NCBI RefSeq assembly: GCF_009914755.1
Contig: NC_060925.1
DNA: 64,000 nt
Source of the DNA: the human T2T-CHM13v2.0 reference genome, Homo sapiens
Reading direction: 5' to 3' (one strand)
The notes beneath the pieces are model-generated. The model saw only the letters and a program-made list of their open reading frames with translations, did not search any database and had not been told where the DNA came from. Shown here one piece after another: positions 25,662 through 39,521 of the stretch; within the stretch, counting starts at the first letter, position 1; each line of letters opens with the position of its first letter. The translations under genes were made by a program, and so were the position numbers.

Positions 25662-28032
25662 ATGAAATTGAAATGGATGGACTCATCATCGAATGGATTC
25701 GAATGGAATCATCGAATAAAATTGATTGAAATCATCATCGAATGGAATCGAATGGTATCATTGAATGGAATCGAATGGAATCATCATCAGATGGAAATGA
25801 ATGGAATCGTCATAGAATGGAATCGAATGGATTCATTGAATGGAATCAGATGGAATCATCGAATGGACTGGAATGGAATCATTGAATGGACTCGAAAGGG
25901 ATCATGATTGAATGGAATTGAATGGAATCATCGAATGGTCTCGATTGGAATCATTACCAAATGGAATCGAATGGAATCACCGAATAGAATCGAATGGAAC
26001 AATCATCGAATGGACTCAAATGGAATTATCCTCAAATGGAATGGAATGGAATTATCGAATGCAATCGAATGGAATTATCGAATGCAATCGAATAGAATCA
26101 TCGAATGGACTCGAATGGAATCATCGAATGGAATGGAATGGAACAGTCAATGAACTCGAATGGAATCATCATTGAATGGAATCGAATGGAATCATCGAGT
26201 GGAATCGAATGGAATTATGATCAAATGGAATCGAATGTAATCATCATCAAATGGAATCAAAAATAACCATCATCAATTGGTATTGAATGGAATTGTCATC
26301 AAATGGAATTCAAAGGAATCATCATCAAATGGAACCGAATGGAATCCTCATTGAATGGAAATGAAAGGGGTCATCATCTAATGGAATCGCATGGAATCAT
26401 CATCAAATGGAATCGAATGGAATCATCATCAAATGGAATCTAATGGAATCATTGAACAGAATTGAATGGAATCGTCATCGAATGAATTGAATGCAATCAT
26501 CGAATGGTCTCGAATGGAATCATCTTCTAATGGAAAGGAATGGAATCATCGCATAGAATCGAATGGAATTATCATCGAATGGAATCGAATGGTATCAACA
26601 CCAAACGGAAAAAAACGGAATTATCGAATGGAATCGAAGAGAATCTTCGAACGGACCCGAATGGAATCATCTAATGGAATGGAATGGAATAATCCATGGA
26701 CTCGAATGCAATCATCATCGAATGGAATGGAATGGAATCATCGAATGGACTCGAATGGAATAATCATTGAACGGAATCGAATGGAATCATCATCGGATGG
26801 AAACGAATGGAATCATCATCGAATGGAAATGAAAGGAGTCATCATCTAATGGAATTGCATGGAATCATCATAAAATGGAATCGAATGGAATCAACATCAA
26901 ATGGAATCAAATGGAATCATTGAACGGAATTGAATGGAATCGTCATCGAATGAATTGACTGCAATCATCGAATGGTCTCGAATGGAATCATCTTCAAATG
27001 GAATGGAATGGAATCATCGCTTAGAATCGAATGGAATTATCACCGAAAGCAATTGAATGGAATCAACATCAAACGGAAAAAAACGGAATTATCGAATGGA
27101 ATCGAAGAGAATCATCGAATGGACCCGAATGGAATCATCTAATGGAATGGAATCGAATAATCCATGGACTCGAATGCAATCATCATCGAATGGAATCGAA
27201 TGGAATCATCGAATGAACTCGAATGGAATCATCATTGAATGGAATCGAATGGAATCATCGAGTGGAATCGAATGGAATTATGATCAAATGGAATCGAATG
27301 TAATCATCATCAAATGGAATCAAAAATAACCATCATCAATTGGTATTCAATGGAATTGTCATCAAATGGAATTCAAAGGAATCATCATCAAATGGAACCG
27401 AATGGAATCCTCATTGAATGGAAATGAAAGGGGTCATCATCTAATGGAATCACATGGAATCATCATCAAATGGAATCGAATGGAATCTTCATCAAATGGA
27501 ATCTAATGGAATCATTGAACAGAATTGAATGGAATCGTCATCGAATGAATTGAATGCAATCATCGAATGGTCTCGAATGGAATCATCTTCTAATGGAAAG
27601 GAATGGAATCATCGCATAGAATCGAATGGAATTATCATCGAATGGAATCGAATGGTATCAACACCAAACGGAAAAAAACGGAATTATCGAAAGGAATCGA
27701 AGAGAATCTTCGAACGGACCCGAATGGAATCATCTAATGGAATGGAATGGAATAATCCATGGACTCGAATGCAATCATCATCGAATGGAATCGAATGGAA
27801 TCATCGAATGGACTCGAATGGAATAATCATTGAACGCAATCGAATGGAATCATCATCGGATGGAAATGAATGGAATCATCATCGAATGGAATCGAATAGA
27901 ATTATGGAATGAAATCCAGTGTGATCATCATCGAATGGACCCGAATGGAATCATCATCCAACAGAAGCTAATGGAATCAACATCGAATGAATCGAATGGA
28001 AACACCATCGAATTCAAACGAATGGAATTACC
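25662..28032 (+). repeat. 2371-bp variant unit (1063-bp jump-back junction near 27212 followed by a single-block segment)
   Basis: Junction CATCGAATGAACTCG. EcoRI sites at 26306, 27369 and 28010. 1776+1063-468=2371. Confidence 0.88.
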
Positions 28033-30400
28033 ATGAAATTGAAATGGATGGACTCATCATCGAATGGATTCGGATGGAATCATCGAATAAAATTGATTGA
28101 AATCATCATCGAATGAAATCGAATGGTATCATTGAATGGAATCGAATGGAATCATCATCAGATGGAAATGAATGGAATCGTCATAGAATGGAATCGAATG
28201 GATTCATTGAATGGAATCAGATGGAATCATCGAATGGACTGGAATGGAATCATTGAATGGACTCGAAAGGGATCATGATTGAATGGAATTGAATGGAATC
28301 ATCGAATGGTCTCGATTGGAATCATTATTAAATGGAATCGAATGGAATCACCGAATAGAATCGAATGGAACAATCATCGAATGGACTCAAATGGAATTAT
28401 CCTTAAATGGAATCGAATGGAATTATCGAATGCAATCGAATAGAATCATCGAATGGACTCGAATGGAATCATCGAATGGAATGGAATGGAACAGTCAATG
28501 AACTCGAATGGAATCATCATTGAATGGAATCGAATGGAATCATCGAGTGGAATCGAATGGAATTATGATCAAATGGAATCGAATGTAATCCTCATCAAAT
28601 GGAATCATAAATAACCATCATCAATTGGTATTGAATGGAATTGTCATCAAATGGAATTCAAAGGAATCATCATCAAATGGAACCGAATGGAATCCTTATT
28701 GAATGGAAATGAAAGGGGTCATCATCTAATGGAATCGCATGGAATCATCATCAAATGGAATCGAATGGAATCATCATCAAATGGAATCTAATGGAATCAT
28801 TGAACAGAATTGAATGGAATCGTCATCGAATGAATTGAATGCAATCATCGAATGGTCTCGAATGGAATCATCTTCTAATGGAAAGGAATGGAATCATCGC
28901 TTAGAATCGAATGGAATTATCATCGAATGGAATCGAATGGTATCAACACCAAACGGAAAAAAACGGAATTATCGAATGGAATCGAAGAGAATCTTCGAAC
29001 GGACCCGAATGGAATCATCTAATGGAATGGAATGGAATAATCCATGGACTCGAATGCAATCATCATCGAATGGAATCGAATGGAATCATCGAATGGACTC
29101 GAATGGAATAATCATTGAACGCAATCGAATGGAATCATCATCGGATGGAAACGAATGGAATCATCATCGAATGGAAATGAAAGGAGTCATCATCTAATGG
29201 AATTGCATGGAATCATCATCAAATGGAATCGAATGGAATCAACATCAAATGGAATCAAATGGAATCATTGAACGGAATTGAATGGAATCGTCATCGAATG
29301 AATTGACTGCAATCATCGAATGGTCTCGAATGTAATCACATTCTAATGGAAAGGAATGGAATCATCGCATAGAATCGAATGGAATTAACATTGAATGGAC
29401 TCGAATGGAATCAACATCAAACGGAATCAAGCGGAATTATCGAATGGAATCGAAAAGAATCATCGAATGGTCTCGAATGGAATCATCTTCTAATGGAAAG
29501 GAATGGAATCATCGCATAGAATCGAATGGAATTAACATTGAATGGACTCGAATGGAATCAACATCAAATGGAATCAAGCGGAATTATCGAATGAAATCGA
29601 AGAGAATCATCGAATGGACTCGAATGGAATCATCTAATGGAATGGAATGGAATAATCCACGGACTCGAATGCAATCATCATCGTATAGAATCGAATGGAA
29701 TCATCGAATGGACTCGAATGGAATAATCATCGAACGGAAGCGAATGGAATCATCATCGGATGGAAACGAATGGAATCATCATCGAATGGAAATGAAAGGA
29801 GTCATCATCTAATGGAATTGCATGGAATCATCATAAAATGGAATCGAATGGAATCAAAATCAAATGGAATCAAATGGAATCATTGAACGGAATTGAATGG
29901 AATCGTCATCGAATGAATTGACTGCAATCATCGAATGGTCTCGAATGGAATCATCTTCAAATGGAATGGAATGGAATCATCGCATAGAATCGAATGGAAT
30001 TATCATCGAATGGAATCGAATGGAATCAACATCAAACGGAAAAAAACGGAATTATCGAATGGAATCGAAGAGAATCATCGAATGGACCCGAATGGAATCA
30101 TCTAATGGAATGGAATGGAATAATCCATGGACTCGAATGCAATCATCATCGAATGGAATCGAATGGAATCATCGAATGGACTCGAATGGAATAATCATTG
30201 AAGGGAATCGAATGGAATCATCATCGGATGGAAATGAATGGAATCATCATCGAATGGAATCGAATAGAATTATGGAATGAAATCCAGTGTGATCATCTTC
30301 GAATGGACCCGAATGGAATCATCATCCAACGGAAGCTAATGGAATCAACATCGAATGAATCGAATGGAAACACCATCGAATTGAAACGAATGGAATTATC
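28033..30400 (+). repeat. 2368-bp variant unit (23-bp deletion plus block C at 29169-29783)
   Basis: 1776-23+615=2368. Block C markers are present, and there is a single 23-mer near 28419-28441. Confidence 0.9.
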
Positions 30401-33400
30401 ATGAAATTGAAATGGATGGACTCATCATCGGATGGATTCGAATGGAATCATCGAATAAAATTGATTGAAATCATCATCCAATGGAATCGAATGGTATCAT
30501 TGAATGGAATCGAATGGAATCATCATCAGATGGAAATGAATGGAATCGTCATAGAATGGAATCGAATGGATTCATTGAATGGAATCAGATGGAATCATCG
30601 AATGGACTGGAATGGAATCATTGAATGGACTCGAAAGGGATCATGATTGAATGGAATTGAATGGAATCATCGAATGGTCTCGATTGGAATCATTATCAAA
30701 TGGAATCGAATGGAATCACCGAATAGAATCGAATGGAACAATCATCGAATGGACTCAAATGGAATTATCCTCAAATGGAATCGAATGGAATTATCGAATG
30801 CAATCGAATGGAATTATCGAATGCAATCGAATAGAATCATCGAATGGACTCGAATGGAATCATCGAATGGAATGGAATGGAACAGTCAATGAACTCGAAT
30901 GGAATCATCATTGAATGGAATCGAATGGAATCATCGAGTGGAATCGAATGGAATTATGATCAAATGCAATCGAATGTAATCCTCATCAAATGGAATCAAA
31001 AATAACCATCATCAATTGGTATTGAATGGAATTGTCATCAAATGGAATTCAAAGGAATCATCATCAAATGGAACCGAATGGAATCCTCATTGAATGGAAA
31101 TGAAAGGGGTCATCATCTAATGGAATCGCATGGAATCATCATCAAATGGAATCGAATGGAATCATCATCAAATGGAATCTAATGGAATCATTGAACAGAA
31201 TTGAATGGAATCGTCATCGAATGAATTGAATGCAATCATCGAATGGTCTCGAATGGAATCATCTTCTAATGGAAAGGAATGGAATCATCGCATAGAATCG
31301 AATGGAATTATCATCGAATGGAATCGAATGGTATCAACACCAAACGGAAAAAAACGGAATTATCGAATGGAATCGAAGAGAATCTTCGAACGGACCCGAA
31401 TGGAATCATCTAATGGAATGGAATGGAATAATCCATGGACCCGAATGCAATCATCATCGAATGGAATCGAATGGAATCATCGAATGGACTCGAATGGAAT
31501 AATCATTGAACGGAATCGAATGGAATCATCATCGGATGGAAACGAATGGAATCATCATCGAATGGAAATGAAAGGAGTCATCATCTAATGGAATTGCATG
31601 GAATCATCATAAAATGGAATCGAATGGAATCAACATCAAATGGAATCAAATGGAATCATTGAACGGAATTGAATGGAATCGTCATCGAATGAATTGACTA
31701 CAATCACCGAATGGTCTCGAATGGAATCATCTTCAAATGGAATGGAATGGAATCATCGCATAGAATCGAATGGAATTATCATCGAATGGAATCGAATGGA
31801 ATCAACATCAAACGGAAAAAAACAGAATTATCGTATGGAATCGAAGAGAATCATCGAATGGACCCGAATGGAATCATCTAATGGAATGGAATGGAATAAT
31901 CCATGGACTCGAATGCAATCATCATCGAATGGAATCGAATGGAATCATCGAATGGACTCGAATGGAATAATCATTGAACGGAATCGAATGGAATCATCAT
32001 CGGATGGAAATGAATGGAATCATCATCGAATGGAATCGAATAGAATTATGGAATGAAATCCAGTGTGATCATCATCGAATGGACCCGAATGGAATCATCA
32101 TCCAACGGAAGCTAATGGAATCAACATCGAATGAATCGAATGGAAACACCATCGAATTGAACCGAATGGAATTATCATGAAATTGAAATGGATGGACTCA
32201 TCATCGAATGGATTCGAATGGAATCATCGAATAAAATTGATTGAAATCATCATCGAATGGAATCGAATGGTATCATTGAATGGAATCGAATGGAATCATC
32301 ATCAGATGGAAATGAATGGAATCGTCATAGAATGGAATCGAATGGATTCATTGAATGGAATCAGATGGAATCATCGAATGGACTGGAATGGAATCATTGA
32401 ATGGACTCGAAAGGGATCATTATTGAATGGAATTGAATGGAATCATCGAATGGTCTCGATTGGAATCATTATCAAATGGAATCGAATGGAATCACCGAAT
32501 AGAATCGAATGGAACAATCATCGAATGGACTCAAATGGAATTATCCTCAAATGGAATGGAATGGAATTATCGAATGCAATCGAATGGAATTATCGAATGC
32601 AATCGAATAGAATCATCGAATGGACTCGAATGGAATCATCGAATGGAATGGAATGGAACAGTCAATGAACTCGAATGGAATCATCATTGAATGGAATCGA
32701 ATGGAATCATCGAGTGGAATCGAATGGAATTATGATCAAATGGAATCGAATGTAATCATCATCAAATGGAATCAAAAATAACCATCATCAATTGGTATTG
32801 AATGGAATTGTCATCAAATGGAATTCAAAGGAATCATCATCAAATGGAACCGAATGGAATCCTCATTGAATGGAAATGAAAGGGGTCATCATCTAATGGA
32901 ATCGCATGGAATCATCATCAAATGGAATCGAATGGAATCATCATCAAATGGAATCTAATGGAATCATTGAACAGAATTGAATGGAATGGTCATCGAATGA
33001 ATTGAATGCAATCATCGAATGGTCTCGAATGGAATCATCTTCTAATGGAAAGGAATGGAATCATCGCATAGAATCGATTGGAATTATCATCGAATGGAAT
33101 CGAATGGTATCAACACCAAACGGAAAAAAACGGAATTATCGAATGGAATCGAAGAGAATCTTCGAACGGACCCGAATGGAATCATCTAATGGAATGGAGT
33201 GGAATAATCCATGGACTCGAATGCAATCATCATCGAATGGAATCGAATGGAATCATCGAATGGACTCGAATGGAATAATCATTGAACGGAATCGAATGGA
33301 ATCATCATCGGATGGAAACGAATGGAATCATCATCGAATGGAAATGAAAGGAGTCATCATCTAATGGAATTGCATGGAATCATCATAAAATGGAATCGAA

Positions 33401-36400
33401 TGGAATCAACATCAAATGGAATCAAATGGAATCATTGAACGGAATTGAATGGAATCGTCATCGAATGAATTGACTGCAATCATCGAATGGTCTCGGAATC
33501 ATCTTCAAATGGAATGGAATGGAATCATCGCATAGAATCGAATGGAATTATCATCGAATGGAATGGAATGGAATCAACATCAAACGGAAAAAAACGGAAT
33601 TATCGAATGGAATCGAAGAGAATCATCGAATGGACCCGAATGGAATCATCTAATGGAATGGAATGGAATAATCCATGGACTCGAATGCAATCATCATCGA
33701 ATGGAATCGAATGGAATCATCGAATGGACTCGAATGGAATAATCATTGAACGGAATCGAATGGAATCATCATCGGATGGAAATGAATGGAATCATCATCG
33801 AATGGAATCGAATAGAATTATGGAATGAAATCCAGTGTGATCATCATCGAATGGACCCGAATGGAATCATCATCCAACGGAAGCTAATGGAATCAACATC
33901 GAATGAATCGAATGGAAACACCATCGAATTGAAACGAATGGAATTATCATGAAATTGAAATGGATGGACTCATCATCGAATGGATTCGAATGGAATCATC
34001 GAATAAAATTGATTGAAATCATCATCGAATGGAATCGAATGGTATCATTGAATGGAATCGAATGGAATCATCATCAGATGGAAATGAATGGAATCGTCAT
34101 AGAATGGAATCGAATGGATTCATTGAATGGAATCAGATGGAATCATCGAATGGACTGGAATGGAATCATTGAATGGACTCGAAAGGGATCATGATTGAAT
34201 GGAATTGAATGGAATCATCGAATGGTCTCGATTGGAATCATTATCAAATGGAATCGAATGGAATCACCGAATAGAATCGAATGGAACAATCATCGAATGG
34301 ACTCAAATGGAATTATCCTCAAATGGAATCGAATGGAATTATCGAATGCAATCGAATGGAATTATCGAATGCAATCGAATAGAATCATCGAATGGACTCG
34401 AATGGAATCATCGAATGGAATGGAATGGAACAGTCAATGAACTCGAATGGAATCATCATTGAATGGAATCGAATGGAATCATCGAGTGGAATCGAATGGA
34501 ATTATGATCAAATGGAATCGAATGTAATCATCATCAAATGGAATCAAAAATAACCATCATCAATTGGTATTGAATGGAATTGTCATCAAATGGAATTCAA
34601 AGGAATCATCATCAAATGGAACCGAATGGAATCCTCATTGAATGGAAATGAAAGGGGTCATCATCTAATGGAATCGCATGGAATCATCACCAAATGGAAT
34701 CGAATGGAATCATCATCAAATGGAATCTAATGGAATCATTGAACAGAATTGAATGGAATCGTCATCAAATGATTTGAATGCAATCATCGAATGGTCTCGA
34801 ATGGAATCATCTTCTAATGGAAAGGAATGGAATCATAGCATGGAATCGAATGGAATTATCATCGAATGGAATCGAATGGTATCAACACCAAACGGAAAAA
34901 AACGGAATTATCGAATGGAATCGAAGAGAATCTTCGAACGGACCCGAATGGAATCATCTAATGGAATGGAATGGAATAATCCATGGACTCGAATGCAATC
35001 ATCATCGAATGGAATCGAATGGAATCATCGAATGGACTCGAATGGAATAATCATTGAACGGAATCGAATGGAATCATCATCGGATGGAAACGAATGGAAT
35101 CATCATCGAATGGAAATGAAAGGAGTCATCATCTAATGGAATTGCATGGAATCATCATCAAATGGAATCGAATGGAATCAACATCAAATGGAATCTAATG
35201 GAATCATTGAACAGAATTGAATGGAATCGTCATCGAATGAATTGACTGCAATCATCGAATGGTCTCGAATGGAATCATCTTCAAATGGAATGGAATGGAA
35301 TCATGGCATAGAATCGAATGGAATTATCATCGAATGGAATCGAATGGAATCAACATCAAACGGAAAAAAACGGAATTATCGAATGGAATCGAAGAGAATC
35401 ATCGAATGGACCCGAATGGAATCATCTAATGGAATGGAATGGAATAATCCATGGACTCGAATGCAATCATCATCGAATGGAATCGAATGGAATCATCGAA
35501 TGGACTCGAATGGAATAATCATTGAACGGAATCGAATGGAATCATCATCAGATGGAAATGAATGGAATCATCATCGAATGGAATCGAATAGAATTATGGA
35601 ATGAAATCCAGTGTGATCATCATCGAATGGACCCGAATGGAATCATCATCCAAAGGAAGCTAATGGAATCAACATCGAATGAATCAAATGGAAACACCAT
35701 CGAATTGAAACGAATGGAATTATCATGAAATTGAAATGGATGGACTCATCATCGAATGGATTTGAATGGAATCATCGAATAAAATTGATTGAAATCATCA
35801 TCGAATGGAATCGAATGGTATCATTGAATGGAATCGAATGGAATCATCATCAGATGGAAATGAATGGAATCGTCATAGAATGGAATCGAATGGATTCATT
35901 GAATGGAATCAGATGGAATCATCGAATGGACTGGAATGGAATCATTGAATGGACTCGAAAGGGATCATGATTGAATGGAATTGAATGGAATCATCGAATG
36001 GTCTCGATTGGAATCATTATCAAATGGAATCGAATGGAATCACCGAATAGAATCGAATGGAACAATCATCGAATGGACTCAAATGGAATTATCCTCAAAT
36101 GGAATCGAATGGAATTATCGAATGCAATCGAATGGAATTATCGAATGCAATCGAATAGAATGATGGAATGGACTCGAATGGAATCATCGAATGGAATGCA
36201 ATGGAACAGTCAATGAACTCGAATGGAATCATCATTGAATGGAATCGAATGGAATCATCGATTGGAATCGAATGGAATTATGATCAAATGGAATCGAATG
36301 TAATCCTCATCAAATGGAATCAAAAATAACCATCATCAATTGGTATTGAATGGAATTGTCATCAAATGGAATTCAAAGGAATCATCATCAAATGGAACCG

Positions 36401-39400
36401 AATGGAATCCTCATTGAATGGAAATGAAAGGGGTCATCATCTAATGGAATCGCATGGAATCATCATCAAATGGAATCGAATGGAATCATCATCAAATGGA
36501 ATCTAATGGAATCATTGAACAGAATTGAATGGAATCGTCATCGAATGAATTGAATGCAATCATCGAATGGTCTCGAATGGAATCATCTTCTAATGGAAAG
36601 GAATGGAATCATCGCATAGAATCGAATGGAATTATCATCGAATGGAATCGAATGGTATCAACACCAAACGGAAAAAAACGGAATTATCGAATGGAATCGA
36701 AGAGAATCTTCGAACGGACCCGAATGGAATCATCTAATGGAATGGAATGGAATAATCCATGGACTCGAATGCAATCATCATCGAATGGAATCGAATGGAA
36801 TCATCGAATGGACTCGAATGGAATAATCATTGAACGGAATCGAATGGAATCATCATCGGATGGAAACGAATGGAATCATCATCGAATGGAAATGAAAGGA
36901 GTCATCATCCAATGGAATTGCATGGAATCATCATAAAATGGAATCGAATGGAATCAACATCAAATGGAATCAAATGGAATCATTGAACGGAATTGAATAG
37001 AATCGTCATCGAATGAATTGACTGCAATCATCCAATGGTCTCGAATGGAATCATCTTCAAATGGAATGGAATGGAATCATCGCATAGAATCGAATGGAAT
37101 TATCATCGAATGGAATCGAATGGAATCAACATCAAACGGAAAAAAACGGAATTATCGAATGGAATCGAAGAGAATCATCGAATGGACCCGAATGGAATCA
37201 TCTAATGGAATGGAATGGAATAATCCATGGACTCGAATGCAATCATCATCGAATGGAATCGAATGGAATCATCGAATGGACTCGAATGGAATAATCATTG
37301 AACGGAATCGAATGGAATCATCATCGGATGGAAATGAATGGAATCATCATCGAATGGAATCGAATAGAATTATGGAATGAAATCCAGTGTGATCATCATC
37401 GAATGGACCCGAATGGAATCATCATCCAACGGAAGCTAATGGAATCAACATCGAATGAATCGAATGGAAACACCATCGAATTGAAACGAATGGAATTATC
37501 ATGAAATTGAAATGGATGGACACATCATCGAATGGATTCGAATGGAATCATCGAATAAAATTGATTGAAATCATCATCCAATGGAATCGAATGGTATCAT
37601 TGAATGGAATCGAATGGAATCATCATCAGATGGAAATGAATGGAATCGTCATAGAATGGAATCGAATGGATTCATTGACTGGAATCAGATGGAATCATCG
37701 AATGGACTGGAATGGAATCATTGAATGGACTCGAAAGGGATCATGATTGAATGGAATTGAATGGAATCATCGAATGGTCTCGATTGGAATCATTATCAAA
37801 TGGAATCGAATGGAATCACCGAATAGAATCGAATGGAACAATCATCGAATGGACTCAAATGGAATTATCCTCCAATGGAATGGAATGGAATTATCGAATG
37901 CAATCGAATGGAATTATCGAATGCAATCGAATAGAATCATCGAATGGACTCGAATGGAATCATCGAATGGAATGGAATGGAACAGTCAATGAACTCGAAT
38001 GGAATCATCATTGAATGGAATCGAATGGAATCATCGAGTGGAATCGAATGGAATTATGATCAAATGGAATCGAATGTAATCATCATCAAATGGAATCAAA
38101 AATAACCATCATCAATTGGTATTGAATGGAATTGTCATCAAATGGAATTCAAAGGAATCATCATCAAATGGAACCGAATGGAATCCTCATTGAATGGAAA
38201 TGAAAGGGGTCATCATCTAATGGAATCGCATGGAATCATCATCAAATGGAATCGAATGGAATCATCATCAAATGGAATCTAATGGAATCATTGAACAGAA
38301 TTGAATGGAATCGTCATCGAATGAATTGAATGCAATCATCGAATGGTCTCGAATGGAATCATCTTCTAATGGAAAGGAATGGAATCATCGCATAGAATCG
38401 AATGGAATTATCATCGAATGGAATCGAATGGTATCAACACCAAACGGAAAAAAACGGAATTATCGAATGGAATCGAAGAGAATCTTCGAACGGACCCGAA
38501 TGGAATAATCTAATGGAATGGAATGGAATAATCCATGGACTCGAATGCAATCATCACCGAATGGAATCGAATGGAATCATCGAATGGACTCGAATGGAAT
38601 AATCATTGAACGGAATCGATTGGAATCATCATCGGATGGAAACGAATGGAATCATCATCGAATGGAAATGAAAGGAGTCATCATCTAATGGAATTGCATG
38701 GAATCATCATAAAATGGAATCGAATGGAATCAACATCAAATGGAATCAAATGGAATCATTGAACGGAATTGAATGGAATCGTCATCGAATGAATTGACTG
38801 CAATCATCCAATGGTCTCGAATGGAATCATCTTCAAATGGAATGGAATGGAATCATCGCATAGAATCGAATGGAATTATCATCGAATGGAATCGAATGGA
38901 ATCAACATCCAACGGAAAAAAACGGAATTATCGAATGGAATCGAAGAGAATCATCGAATGGACCCGAATGGAATCATGTAATGGAATGGAATGGAATAAT
39001 CCATGGACTCGAATGCAATCATCATCGAATGGAATCGAATGGAATCATCGAATGGACTCGAATGGAATAATCATTGAACGGAATCGAATGGAATCATCAT
39101 CGGATGGAAATGAATGGAATCATCATCGAATGGAATCGAATAGAATTATGGAATGAAATCCAGTGTGATCATCATCGAATGGACCCGAATGGAATCATCA
39201 TCCAACGGAAGCTAATGGAATCAACATCGAATGAATCAAATGGAAACACCATCGAATTGAAACGAATGGAATTATCATGAAATTGAAATGGATGGACTCA
39301 TCATCGAATGGATTCGAATGGAATCATCGAATAAAATTGATTGAAATCATCATCGAATGGAATCGAATGGTATCATTGAATGGAATCGAATGGAATCATC

Positions 39401-39521
39401 ATCAGATGGAAATGAATGGAATCGTCATAGAATGGAATCGAATGGATTCATTGAATGGAATCAGATGGAATCATCGAATGGACTGGAATGGAATCATTGA
39501 ATGGACTCGAAAGGGATCATT

